Source: Flectonema sp. DT1601
Taxonomy: Eukaryota
DNA length: 64,000 nt
Assembly (NCBI GenBank): GCA_964019425.1
Contig: OZ025801.1
Span: 558,001-622,000 of the forward strand
Direction of reading: 5' to 3'
A model generated the notes under the pieces. It made no database searches, was not told where the DNA came from, and saw nothing but the letters and a program-made list of their open reading frames with translations. Below, one piece after another: positions 1 to 12,318 of the stretch (position 1 is the stretch's first letter; each line of letters opens with the position of its first letter). The position numbers and the translations under genes were made by a program.

Positions 1-996
1 TTTGGCTGTTGGTTGTCATCACTTCGAAAGATGATTTTTTTTTAAAAAAAAAGAAATTGTGTAGCCGTTTTTTTCAAAAACTGAGTTGTTTGACAGATAC
101 GATAATACTACCAATTTTTTTGGATATAAAGCGTGATCTCATTCAATTTTGTGTAAACGTTTTTATCACAAGTACGAAATGGGGTGGTTGTTGATCTAAT
201 TAATGAAGATAAATAAAAATAAAAAAAAAGTGACCTTTTTTTTTTTTATTGTTTTTTTCTTCCCCTTGAGAGAGAGAGAGAGAGAGAGGGTCATTCCTGA
301 CCTTACGGCTACCCCTCACAGCAACAGATGAATAATTATTTTGATTAAATATTGCTATTTTTCTATTTTATCCAAAAAAAAAAAAAAAATATATAATAGT
401 TTGATCTTACTTGTGTAAATTTTATCACAAGTACCAGACGACGAAGATAACAGTATTCTAATTTTTTTTTTTTTTTTGAATTTGTTTTGTTTTGTTTTTT
501 TTGTTGTCTTTTTTTTCGCTGTCACAAGTCCTAGACTCTTGTCCGATGTACTTTGACCCTAAAGCGAAGTATTCTAATTTTAAAAAAAGGGTTCGATCGA
601 CGAGATTATGTTTAGATAATTTAGTTTTGCCTTTTAAAACTATCACAGGCTGGCCGCGTCACTACACTGGTTGACCTTGACGCAAGCAAATTCAAGTAGC
701 GTGCACGTTCCCTGTTTTCATCCTTAAAAAAATAAGACAACTACCTTCAAGGTGTTGCACATTTTATAAGGAGACCAATAGGTAAGCTCTATAGAACTTG
801 AAACGCTTTTTTTTCTTTTTTTTTTTTTCTTTTTTTTTTTTGATCTATAGAAATGAGTACAGAGTAGAAAAGGATAATAAAAAACAATAATTGGAAGAAT
901 CAAAAAGTACAGCAATCAATTTCTTTTTTTTTCTTTCTTTTTTTTCTTTTTTTCCACAAAATGATAAAAAAAAAAGGGATGGGTGTTATCACAAGT

Positions 997-1130
997 AAAT
1001 CCATTCAGAATAGCCTTATACTTCGCTGAACGCAGACAAAAGTCCTGTCGCACGGGGAAAATAAATCATGACCATAAGAAATACCGGCTTTTCAATCTGA
1101 ATAGTTTTTTTTCTCCGAACACGTCGGTTC
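997..1130 (+). mobile_element. Short interspersed element family F1, copy
   Basis: ccattcagaat...aatctgaatagttt inverted pair plus ccgaacacgtcgg hairpin and A-run; aligns by eye to the other copies. Confidence 0.85.
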
Positions 1131-1406
1131 AAAAAAAAAAAAAAAAAAAAGTTCAGACAATTCATCATGATTGAAACAATGTAAGATAAGGAAGTCCAAT
1201 ACATTGCATACCTAGTATTAATAATTATCAGTCAATCAAAAAAAAGCAAAAAATCGTAGGACAACAAACAAGTTGGTTTCGGGCTAAGATTAAAAACAAT
1301 CTTTCTTCGGACCATTCCCCTTACCCAGCCCCTTCAGCGAAGAAAGTAAGGGGGACACTGCGGTGTCAGGCCTGTCCTACTCATCGCGTTTGCCCTTCTC
1401 AGCCTA

Positions 1407-1540
1407 ATTGAAACAATGTTAAGATAGATAGATAAGGAAGTCCAATACATTACATACTGTGCATCGCTGATACAGCAAACTAAAGAGCATCGGGTTAACT
1501 CCCTAGAGCTGCGAGGCAACTGCAACGTAATTAGACCCCC
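1407..1540. repeat. Dispersed repeat family F3 (also 1170-1210 partial and 46970-47073)
   Basis: Shared ctgatacagcaaactaaagagcatcgggttaactccc core and aagtc(c/g)aatacatt. Confidence 0.8.
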
Positions 1541-1947
1541 AAATCTTATTAGGATTGTTTTATTATAGCTTCGGCTGACGGGGCATAATGAACTATCGTC
1601 AGCTTTCAATAATATTTAAATGTACTAACCCAAAAATTTATAAAAATAAATAAAAAAAAGGGTTATGGTCCAAAATACACCAAAAAAAAGCCAACAAAAA
1701 GTGGCCCAAAATACACTAAACCTGTGACCTGGGGCTCCGGCTCTGACTGTGCACCCTGGGGTCCAACCAAAAATAATAAAATTTATTCCGCGAAGCAGCT
1801 GTGTATATCAGAGGAATGCTTACGAGGTTTTCAGTCATCATCCGATAACGCGATTGACATTTGATGTTTTTTGCTAGTTTTATAAATAATCAAGTCGATC
1901 AAAGAACCGTAATGACTTCAATTAAAACTAAATTTTTTTTTTTTTTT

Positions 1948-2113
1948 TGCATTTAACAAGTATTGTAAGAACGAAAAAGAATGTTGGGCAGCACACATAA
2001 ACCTCCTTTAGCTTTTTCAGTTTAAGTCGGTTCACGGTTTCGTGACACAAACAAAAAAATCACAGTTGTTATATTATTATTTTCTGTATAGTTGAAGATA
2101 AAGCCAATTCTTT
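1948..2113 (+). repeat. Dispersed repeat family F2, copy
   Basis: ~165 bp nearly identical in reverse complement to 15261-15431; partial copies at 20233-20310(+) and 26074-26181(-). Confidence 0.9.
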
Positions 2114-2557
2114 TTTTTCAGACCATTCCACTTACCCAGAAATGGTTTGTCAGTGCACGAATATGAAAGAATAAATATAACTTTTCGTCAGGTATTCTAT
2201 TTTAACTTTTTAGGAGGAAAAAAAAATCAAAAAAATATACGTTTTTCTCCAAAAACCTGAGACATTTACATTTTTTTTTTTTTTTAAAAAAAAAAAACAA
2301 GGGGGTTTTCTAAATAAGTCCGTCAATTCGAAAAACGACTAGACGAAAATTGTATAAAGAATTTCAGTCATATAAAAAAAAAAAAAAAAAAAAATCCTTG
2401 ACACCTATCACTGATGATATACTGAGTATTTTTGTGACGTCATCACAATAAAAAAAAAATAAATAAAATAAATCGTAATTAAAACCAAACCCAATACCAA
2501 TACCAATAGTTATAAAGGTTTCTAGTAACACTATCACCACCAGTCAGCTATTTCTGG

Positions 2558-5500
2558 CTACGTAGCAAAGCTATAAATTGACGTTCCACCTGTACTTGAT
2601 TTTCTTACCCACGTTTTTCGTTTATCTTTCATTGGCGATGCTTGAGGTGAAGCTAGAGGTAGCGGCTGGTTTTTTTTTTTTTTTTTTTTTTTTTTTCCCC
2701 CTATATTATTAGTATAACTCATTAAAAAAAAAAACACACAAACAACACTAACCAGCGTCTAAGAGAACAAATTAAAAAAAAACCATTCAGATTAACCTTA
2801 TATTTCGTTGAACGCAGCAGACAAAATCTTGTCGCACGGGGAAAAAAAATCATGACCATAAGAAATAATCGGTTTTCAATCTGAATAGTTTCTTCTCCGA
2901 CTACGTCGGTACAAAAAAAAAAAATACACACCTCTTGGAAAACTTTAATATCACAAAGTAAGTAACTTCCTCTAATTGTTCGGCTGTGAGCATCACGAAG
3001 AGGGCAGCTACGAATGCCAGATCGCATGCATGATAACGGGACTGATGTCTCACACACGAAAGATTCATTTTTTTTATTAAGTACTCGAAGAGTCACAATA
3101 GCGATCTCAGGGACTTTACTTTGAAGAATTAGAACCTCATTCCAAGTTGGATTAAAACCGTTTGAGTGAACAGACGCTGTTTTAATCGGATTTTTAGACG
3201 TGTCGTCACCAGGAACACTGGAGATCATCGCCTCAACGTACGGGTCAATCGTTCTCGCTGATTTTGGTAAGTTGCCTCCCTTTATAACTTTTATATGAAT
3301 TGTTGTAGTTCCAGTGTCTTGGTATGAGGCTCCAATAGCACGAAGCCATGGAGGCTTTAATATGTATCCACTGGAACCGTTGTCTTCAAATTTCACCTGA
3401 TTCAACCGTGTAGAGTAGTCTGGAGTTTGAAGGTTCAATGCAACAAATTGACTACCGCCAGCCCAGTATAGTTGTGGGTCAAAATTTGATGAATCGACTC
3501 TTGTTGCTCGGGGATATATTCTCGTACAGCAGATTTTATTGAGTTCTGCAAAGGGAACTCCCATTAACTCGTCAGCTTTACGTTCTTGAAGACTGATACA
3601 TTCATAAGGCTTTGCGTTAGGGATATGAATGGATGGATTGCCGTGATTAAGTTTATTAGCCATCAAATAAACACATCCACTCAGTGATGGAGCAACTGTT
3701 TTCTGAACAACAACAACGGGACCGTCACTACCTTCATTATCGCTTTCCGTGTTAACAAAAGCTGATACGTCATCCCCACCCCCAAGAAAGGTCGGAGATA
3801 AATACTGGATGCTAGTCTTTCTTGTAGTATTCATTCCTGTGCTTGGATTCATCATAGCAGCCTTAACTAGGATTCGTCCTCGTAATGCTTCAGGAGTGAA
3901 GGAAGGGTCGTTTAACTGAATTCCTGAATAAGCAATTGGTTCGTGTAGTTTGTTTCCAAATATATTTTTCATAACCCTCGCCATAATATCTTGTTGTGGT
4001 AACGAAGCGTGCACCTCTAGCGACAGTATCACAGGGTATGGTGATACAACAAATGCGTATTGATTTATAGTTTTTATAACTTCTGTAAAACTTATTTTCG
4101 TAGTCTTGGTATGGCCGTGAGTCACTATCGGTTCTTCCCTTCCATCCCAAATATCAATTTCTAGACAACGACACCCTCTAAGCAAGGCATACTTATACAT
4201 TAACGGACTGCTCTCACTTGTTAGTTGATCTCCAGAGAGATATGTGTTGTGAGAAGATGAGATGAAATAATTTGTTAGAGGTTTAGTCATATCTTGGTAA
4301 ACAGCTCCCTTCTTGTGATCAAACCAACTGTTTGCTGGAGAGCAAATATAACGTGAGAATTCAGGTAAGGAAAGAGACTGTGAATTCAGACCTGCTCCCC
4401 AGTCTTGAACTACTGCCTCAATCTGAGCAGTCGTAACATAATCACCTTGACGTGTTGAGTATCTATGTAATTGTGAACTTGTCATAACGTCTTGTCCACT
4501 TGTGATTGCATTAAAAATAGGTTTAATCGCAGAATCATCAAAAAGGTTTTCATAGAAATTTGTAAACTGCCTAAACCCTAACATCCCGTCATCATCCGCA
4601 TTTGCGTTGTATAAGTCTTTCAGTTCTGAATTAGTCATTGAGATGTTAAGTGGTCTGGTCATTTGTTTTATATTCGCGAGGCTTAGTCTTCCACATGAAT
4701 CTTTATCACATATAAAAAACAATTCAATAAGTCGAATTGCGTGATGTGCTGCAGCTAAAATAGTAGGTTCTTTCGAAAAATGTTTACTACGAAGATCTTC
4801 AACCACATCCATCATTGGTGAACACCACACTGGAATGCTTCTTGCAAGCACGTCGAATCGATGCCAAGCAGGCATGTCGTAGAGTGTTCCTATAGCTGCC
4901 TGAACTCGTATAGCAAGACCTTTCATTTGGTATACCTCCATGTTTGGTCGGAGTAGAAATGAAAAAACTTCTTTGACTTTAACGATTAATTTCACAACGA
5001 CAGGTGTCATTGGAACAGGTGAATACTGCACATCAATACTCGCTGTTTGAGACATTTCACTGAAGATATCAATATTTCCTTTTGACCTTCGACAACAACA
5101 TAAAAAACTTTTTAAAGTCTGAATCACTCCTCCTCCCCTCCAAAGAGCAGATGAGGGGATGTAATGCTGTTGATTTATACTGATAGTGTTTCTTAATCCA
5201 GCTGTGGTGTTGGAAAGGACACCTGAATTGTCAGCTTCTTGTATATCCTTGATTGTTCCAACAGGAACTTTAATCTTCTCAGCAGCTACAATGTAAGTAT
5301 CACCCTGTCGTATGTCACCCAGTAGTGTTCTCGCAAACGAACTGTCAGTCGGATGCGATGTCTCAGATGACGTACTTTCATTGTATAAGTTTGAAATATC
5401 ACCGTCATCTGAGCATTCCTCTGAAAAGCATTGAGCATCCCTGTCTAAAACTGCTTGAACAGCATCTTCCAGAACATGAGATGATAAACTAGTTTTATAT

Positions 5501-5958
5501 GAAGGTAATTGAAATGCTTTTTGACCAGGTCTTGGTGAAGTCTTACTTGGATTAGAAGTAAACAGAGTTGGGTGAACACTCAATGGGTTACTTGAATTCC
5601 TTCTCGGAGGAGACAATGACAATGGTTGAGGTGCAGAAGTTGAGAATGTTCGTTGCTCAAGCGGATGCGAAGACCGACGTTGCAAACCATCAAATAAAAG
5701 AGGTGGAGCTAGTCGTGGCATACAAACAGGTGCTGTAGCCAACCTACAAACAGGTGACAACACTTCTGGTGAACTGTCACTCGACGACGGAACCTCTAAC
5801 GGTGTTGGGGTCACATACTGAAGTAGTGATTCCAAAGTTGCTAATGGAGGAGAAGATATTCCATCTAGTCTTCCCTTTTTTGATTTAAAATTTATTTTCT
5901 CAGGTATAAATAATAATGGTTCACTCAGAGCTAGAATTGGTTTATTGTTCTCCGGCAT
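2558..5958 (-). CDS. Phosphoinositide-specific phospholipase C (EF-hand, X, Y, C2); two exons 5958-2932 and 2665-2558
   Basis: X-box SSHNTYL, GCRCLEIDIWDG and HGHT; Y-box RIYPRATRVDSSNFDP; C2 domain with NGFNPTWNE. The ORF-track tail runs into a repeat. A GAG|GTGTGT donor at 2931 and a CCAG| acceptor at 2666 give a clean 35-aa last exon (PLPLASPQ...YSFAT*). Confidence 0.93.
2780..2912 (+). mobile_element. F1 copy inside the PLC intron
   Basis: aaaccattcagatt...aatctgaatagttt cttct ccgactacgtcgg tac A-run. Confidence 0.9.
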
Positions 5959-6389
5959 ATCATTCTCTGGGGGGGTTTTCTGTATGGTTTTTTTTTAAAG
6001 GGAAAAAAATAATAATTCATACGAACAGTAAAAACATGTCAATTAGTAGGTTTCCCCCGTTCATAGAGAGATAAAGAAATAAGACAACCGCCGAAGAAAA
6101 AAAAGAAGAAAAAAAAAAAGAGACTGTCACAAGATTGTGGTGTTTATTTTTATTTTTCTTTCTTTTGCTTTTTTTTTTTTTTTTTCCGCATTACAAGTAG
6201 TATAGATAGTGTGCACAATTATTTTCTCGTTTTGACAATCAAATTCGCTAATATAAAAAATAAATTAAAAAATAATCAAAAAAAAAAAAGAATATAAAGA
6301 AATAAATATATAACGATAAACCATGGTTTTAGCACCCAATTTAAAAAATATAGGCTCAATACATCCTTTCTTTTTTTTTTTTTTTTTTT

Positions 6390-6940
6390 GTACCGACATA
6401 AGTCGGAGAAGAAACTACTCAGATTGAAAGCCGTTATTTCTTGTGGTCATGACATATTTCCCCGTGCGACAGGATTCTGTCCGCGTTCAGCAAAAGAAAA
6501 CTGTGTCTGGCATAAACCCCAACACTGTACTTCATTTGTCGGCTGCAGCAGGACGTGGGCCGCGAGTGCGAGGCCTCGAGGCGGCACAACGTCGGCTGAT
6601 TCAGTTTCGGAACAGTTGCACGTGGCGATGAGTGTTCTGTTGTCGTGGGATCTGGACATTATTTATTGAGTCGAGAGGCAGAGGTCTCGGACCGAGGGTT
6701 CAATCTCAACTCCACTGCGCTCGAGTACGTGAAATGGTCGCAAGCAGCACTGAGAAGCACATGATCGTAAAAGGCCAGATGCTGACTGAATACGTGAGAG
6801 GGCTAAAAAGAACCGGCGCGCTCCCACCGTTGCCAGGCGGTTCCAGTGGTGGAAGCGCGCCAGGTGGTACGCGCTTCAGACTGCGATGACCTTCCAATGT
6901 GCCTGTGTTCAACGAATTATATAGCTATTCCGTATGGTTT
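6390..6940 (-). mobile_element. Long F1 copy with ~420-bp GC-rich internal segment
   Basis: Hairpin end at 6390-6490 and degenerate opposite end (gttcaacgaattatatagctattccgtatggttt) at 6907-6940. Confidence 0.75.
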
Positions 6941-8154
6941 TTTATTTTCGTTTTTGCAACCAGAAAACTAAATCCCTGTTATTTGTGCCTAAGGAACTCA
7001 TACTACTGATATAAAACTTCGTACGCAACAGTGACAGGATAGGGGAAAGTAGAAATGCGACAACCAAAGTGATCATTTTTGGTGAATCCACAATCACTTT
7101 GGTGGGGGCATTGTTCCACTTTTCCAGCCCAGTCAACATTACACCGATATATCCGATTGGTCATTTTAATCCAACGTTGCTTGAAAATTATTACTTCACA
7201 ATTAGTTTGATACAAAAAAAAGAACGAAAAAAAAAAAAAAAAAAAGGAATCAACTATCACCTTCTGAGCAAAATATTTTTTTTTATGAGCGACAACCATG
7301 GCAATAATAACTGTGAGTAAATTGTAAAGATCGTACTTTCATTTCGCAGCTATTAGAAAAGGTACTCGGCCTAGTGGAGTGTACAATGAGACAGAAAAAA
7401 ACACCTGCCGTCATTAGAAATTATGTTCTTAATGTAAGAAACAAGACCACCAATTATCGAGAGAAAAATACGTCGTGGTTGATTGCGAAAAAAGAAAATT
7501 AAAATAAAATAATCCATCCACGCTTCGAGTTATCGCTTAGATACGTCTAAAGTGTTTTTTTTTTTTTTTTTTTTTTGTTTGTTTCTTAAAAAAAAAAAAA
7601 ACAAAAAAAAAACACGCGCGATTATTAACAGAACAATTGAACTAAACTTAGATTGCCTTTACTCACTTAAGTTATTTCACAGAAAAAAGAGAAAAAAAAA
7701 AAAAGGAAAGTGAAGAAGGCACCCTTCCCAATCGTCATTGGAAGCAATGGGGAGGGACGGACGTACGTATTCTATCATATAAAAAAAATATGAAAAAACA
7801 ATCGCATAGAAACAATTAAAAACAAATTATTTATTATTATTTATTTATTTATTTACGAAGCCTAGGAAGCCAAAAGCCAGGAAAAGCTCACAGAGTAACA
7901 GTTATATCGCTACCAGCAACCGTGAGACTCTCACAGACGATAAGAGACGTAGAATAACCTGGAACAAATGACTACCTAAACCCACCGTCCACGCGAGCAG
8001 ACAGTGTTAGAGACGGCTGATAACGCCAATTTTCGCCAAAGAGAGGGAGAACACGCCACATTAGATCAGAAAATAAGAAATAAAGTAATGATAAGTAATA
8101 GAAATGATACTAATAAATAAAATAAGAAATTACACTAGAGGAAAGAGACGTTCA

Positions 8155-11100
8155 TTATCTACCTCGGGGATTACTTCGCAGGAGGCGACTTAGGCGAGAG
8201 AGGAACTTAGAAAGCTTGGATTCCGACCAGCTAGGATTGACCAGCACATTAACCATAGAAAGGTCATCAATAACAACATTTAAATCGGTAGCTTTATAAG
8301 CGTTATCAATAAGTTCCATAACATATTTCTTCACATCAGAACCCAGTAGCGAGAAACTTGTCTTCCTTTCGATGTGTGTGATTAGTTTCTTCCTCACAAA
8401 AATACCCTGAAGCGGAAACTTCAACAACAACGGATTGTCAGATAACTCTTTAAGATGATTATCAAGCTTGCTGATCAATAACAACGTGAAAGGCTGCCAT
8501 TCGGTTCGAAAGAACATATCCAGAGATAGCTCATCATCAGGTGTCGGAAATCTCATGGTTTGCTTTACCAATTCCCTGGTCTCAACGCATTCAAGCAGCA
8601 GATGCTCAGTTGAGGTATCCTGAAAGCCACAGAACAGACAACATTTAAAGCCCGCGGTGACCCTCGGTAGCTTTACAAGCCTATGGTGAGAGGTTCGCAG
8701 ACGAGACAATTCTACCTCCTGCCCCCTAGTGAGACAGGGAAGGAAACGCTGAGGGCCAGATCCTAGAGTCGCTTTGCTGTATGAATGCGAAGAGTCCACA
8801 GTACCCATAGCCTTCCAATTTGCTTGTTTCTTAATACAACATTGAGCCATCCTGAAATCATACGGAGTTAGTTCAGGGTCAACTGATTGCAAGGCTGCCT
8901 TCTTTGCCAGTGTATCAGCCAGTTCATTCCCTGCAATGCCACAATGAGATGGGACATGCTGGAAAATCAACGGCCTATCAAGAAGCACTGAGCGTTCAAA
9001 AATCTCACAATTTGTTGATGATGACTGCCTGGATGGCCCCCTATGCAGGGAGGCAAGCGCCGACTGACAATCACTGAAAATATGAATCACGCCATGCGAA
9101 ACAACATGAAGATTCTCCTCTAGTAGTTCAAGGGCTGACAATAGTGCTAGTTGTTCTGCATTGTAAATCGTGAGGGACGGTTGGAACTTGGAGAGCTTCT
9201 CAATGACCTTGCCAGCAACTAGCAGAACAGCAGCCCCCCCACATAATAATCCCCGCTCCTCGTCATGGAAGACCGAGGCATCAGTGTAGACTTCAGCAAC
9301 ACACGGGGGCAGTTCATTGAGGGTCGTCATCGCCACAGCATACTTCTCCTCAGGTGTGTCAGTCTTGTCATAACCGCAGGACGTGTTTACAACCAAAGGA
9401 GGATGCTTCGACCACGGAGGGTACTGATGTGGCAGAACTTTCTGGGACCTAAGCTCTGACAGAGAAAATTCCGAGGAACAGGCTTCAACTCTAGTCTGCC
9501 ATGGTCTCTTCTTCTCACCACCGTTAAACAGCCTCCATGAAGGACATTCAGGTTGTCGCCTTAGCAAATCTTCATGAACTAGGGCAAGGAGCCTAGATAT
9601 CGTTTGTTGCAGCGGTGGAATTCGCGACTCAACTGTGAGCACCACATCCTTCGTCGAGAACGAGCAACCAGTGAGTCTTATCCGTAGATGACGCAAGCAC
9701 GCTTCGATCCGCTTGATCTGAGCATCAGACAAAAAGGGAGAAAAGGCCTTCAGTCCAAAGAACGCTCGAGATAACACTGCACCATCTACAAGCTGACGAA
9801 GGGTATCAGTTTTGACCTCATAGGCAGAGAACATTTTGAGTAAACCGCAACCAGCTCGAATTGTTTTCACAATCTTATCCACCTGTTCGTCGAAGCATAG
9901 CGAGTCATCAATGATAACTCCTAGGTATTTCGCGCTCCTGACACGTTTCAGCGGGATCGCTGCTTTCAGCCTGAACTCTTTGCTCTTACGAGCACAGGCC
10001 AGTCGGACAAAGTCAGAACGTCTCGTCACCGGGTAACCATCAATCTCCAGTGGCAGCAAAGCATCAGCGAGATCAAGAACTGCCCCTATTGATGGAGAAA
10101 GCTTCTCAGTGAGAGCACCGGCAGAGCCTGTAGGCATGTGTAACTCTTCAACAGACGATGGGAAGTAAAAGCGAGGTGCCCTACTCCATTCGACATCGGA
10201 GCCAGAGATGCGCTTACCAAAGGCAACGTACTCTGTTTTCTTCATGTTTACCTCCATCTTAGAGGAAACCATCCAACCTTCTATCTGAGAGATGACGGAC
10301 AGGCCCTTCGCTTCGATCCCATCTATCTTCTCATGTTGCAGAAACACGGCAAGATCATCAGCAAACAGAACACTGAGATCAGCATCACTTATTAGACCTG
10401 GCAGGGAGTCGACAAAGATCCGAAATAAGAGAGGACCAAGCACAGATCCTTGAGGGACCCCCTTCGTACACGATCTGGATCCATTATCTAATCCCAGAGA
10501 CAGACTCACATTTCTATCCGAAAGATAATTCGCAAGCCATTTAACATACGGAACCGGCAGGACAGCTACCAATCTATCAACGAGTATTTGATGATCCACG
10601 TTATCGAATGCCCCAGAGATATCAAAGAGGATGATCGCTCCATAACCATCATAGAGTTTCTGCACACCGGAAGCCGCATCCACCAATAGCGAGATGTTCT
10701 CTTCTACATTTCTGCCCGGCGTAAAACCAGACTGCCTAGGGTCCAACTTCCCCTCCAACAAATGTTCACATCGATTACCTACAAGCGACTCCAAGCACTT
10801 CGAAACAATTGACGTCAAAGAGATTGGTCTGTAAGAAGACGGAAGAAGCGGGTCACGATCCCCTCCCTTCGGAATTATTATCACCTTGGCCTTTTTCATG
10901 CAAGAGGGAAAGATACCCCTCCTGAAAGATAGCGAGGCGAGTCTAAGCAATAGTAGGAGCATACGGGGACCCAAGTTAAGCAGCATATTATTAGAAACAG
11001 AATCTAAACCAGACCCGTGGGAGGGAGTCAATGACTTCAGTACCGTGTATAACTCATGAATCGAAAAAGAACCACAGCTTGAGTCATCATAATCAGCAGG

Positions 11101-12318
11101 CTTCGAATCAGGAACTAATAACGGTGAGGATTTTGAATCACCAAAGAAATGGTCGAGTAAATCATCAGCAGCTACCGGAACTTCCTTCGAATTAGACCGA
11201 CCGCCCCTGAGTTCCCGCAGTTTGTCGAAGGCCCAGGCCGCTCCTTTTGAAGAACCAATTTTCGCAATAAGATCAGGTCTCAGCTTAGGTAATTTCTTCC
11301 TCCGCTTCGTATCAGATTTGAACCATTTGTTTGGAAGCGTTTCAATAGCCACCTCCTCAATTAGACTAATAAATTCACATCCAAGCTTGTTCACATTAGA
11401 CATCCCCTCCAAACGATGAGCTCGCGCTTCAGTTAGCACGCGAAATGAGACCCAGTGCTCATCCTCGAACTTGTTGTAGAACCAGCGGCGGTGAGCGGGA
11501 GTGGTAATTTGTGAGCAGCCCGGATATACCGAGATGTCAACCACTATTGGCGTGTGGTCGGACCCACTATCAGACGCACTGTACTGGTGTACATTCAACA
11601 CCTCAATATTGCTGTCGACAAGAAACAAATCAGGTGAAGTCTCTGAACAAGGTCTTGTATCCAGCGGAACATCGCAAATCTGCAGTCCATTTCCGTTAAT
11701 CCAATCAAGAACTGACAGACCTCGCGACGAACTACTTGTTGGAACCACCCTCGACCACGACCGATGGTGAGCATTGAAATCTCCACATACTACTTCACCG
11801 AAGACAACAGAGGTCGGCACCAAGAAATTCTGCGGAATATACACATTAGAAGACGTAATCGGACCGATGTCTGTCATTACCTCGACAACTAACACCTCAA
11901 ACGGTGAATTACGCTCAGTTGGATCCGATAATCTCCTGACCACAAGGGAGTCCCTGCAGAAAGTCGCCAGTCCACCACCGCGTTTTGCCTTGCCATCAAA
12001 ATTTAATCTGATTCTGTCCCTACGGAAGCAGGTGTATCCCTGAAGTTGAATCTGTTCATCAAGAACCAGATCAGTGAGCCAAGTTTCTTGAATATGGAGG
12101 ATGTCAGGATTAGCCGATTGAACGAGCCGTACCAGAGATTCATGGTGCTTTACCATCGACAGCGCATTCCAACTAAGTATTCTCAGCGGCGATATATCAG
12201 ACATCGGACCAGGGTGTCTCGGAAAACCACTACGATAGAGTTCCAGAAGCCCACTCACAGAATAATAGTACTCCAAGGACGGAGTCTTTCCCAATAAAGA
12301 GTCAATTGGAAGTGGTTG
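8155..12318 (-). CDS. LINE ORF2: AP endonuclease, reverse transcriptase, RNase H, CCHC finger
   Basis: APE: ILSWNA, IQETW, GDFNAH, SDH. RT: YRPISLTS, DISGAFD, GVPQGSVLGP, FADD, KYLGV. RNase H: YTDAS, SDCQSAL, HVPSHCGIAGNELAD. CxxC...HxxxxC finger. Frame is open up to the ORF1 stop; first ATG is at 12204. Confidence 0.95.
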   Translation of the reverse strand, partial: QPLPIDSLLGKTPSLEYYYSVSGLLELYRSGFPRHPGPMSDISPLRILSWNALSMVKHHESLVRLVQSANPDILHIQETWLTDLVLDEQIQLQGYTCFRRDRIRLNFDGKAKRGGGLATFCRDSLVVRRLSDPTERNSPFEVLVVEVMTDIGPITSSNVYIPQNFLVPTSVVFGEVVCGDFNAHHRSWSRVVPTSSSSRGLSVLDWINGNGLQICDVPLDTRPCSETSPDLFLVDSNIEVLNVHQYSASDSGSDHTPIVVDISVYPGCSQITTPAHRRWFYNKFEDEHWVSFRVLTEARAHRLEGMSNVNKLGCEFISLIEEVAIETLPNKWFKSDTKRRKKLPKLRPDLIAKIGSSKGAAWAFDKLRELRGGRSNSKEVPVAADDLLDHFFGDSKSSPLLVPDSKPADYDDSSCGSFSIHELYTVLKSLTPSHGSGLDSVSNNMLLNLGPRMLLLLLRLASLSFRRGIFPSCMKKAKVIIIPKGGDRDPLLPSSYRPISLTSIVSKCLESLVGNRCEHLLEGKLDPRQSGFTPGRNVEENISLLVDAASGVQKLYDGYGAIILFDISGAFDNVDHQILVDRLVAVLPVPYVKWLANYLSDRNVSLSLGLDNGSRSCTKGVPQGSVLGPLLFRIFVDSLPGLISDADLSVLFADDLAVFLQHEKIDGIEAKGLSVISQIEGWMVSSKMEVNMKKTEYVAFGKRISGSDVEWSRAPRFYFPSSVEELHMPTGSAGALTEKLSPSIGAVLDLADALLPLEIDGYPVTRRSDFVRLACARKSKEFRLKAAIPLKRVRSAKYLGVIIDDSLCFDEQVDKIVKTIRAGCGLLKMFSAYEVKTDTLRQLVDGAVLSRAFFGLKAFSPFLSDAQIKRIEACLRHLRIRLTGCSFSTKDVVLTVESRIPPLQQTISRLLALVHEDLLRRQPECPSWRLFNGGEKKRPWQTRVEACSSEFSLSELRSQKVLPHQYPPWSKHPPLVVNTSCGYDKTDTPEEKYAVAMTTLNELPPCVAEVYTDASVFHDEERGLLCGGAAVLLVAGKVIEKLSKFQPSLTIYNAEQLALLSALELLEENLHVVSHGVIHIFSDCQSALASLHRGPSRQSSSTNCEIFERSVLLDRPLIFQHVPSHCGIAGNELADTLAKKAALQSVDPELTPYDFRMAQCCIKKQANWKAMGTVDSSHSYSKATLGSGPQRFLPCLTRGQEVELSRLRTSHHRLVKLPRVTAGFKCCLFCGFQDTSTEHLLLECVETRELVKQTMRFPTPDDELSLDMFFRTEWQPFTLLLISKLDNHLKELSDNPLLLKFPLQGIFVRKKLITHIERKTSFSLLGSDVKKYVMELIDNAYKATDLNVVIDDLSMVNVLVNPSWSESKLSKFLSRLSRLLRSNPRGR

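Noticed and set aside
2722..2931. C-terminal extension of the PLC ORF
   Set aside because: Translation of an intron containing F1 and homopolymers.
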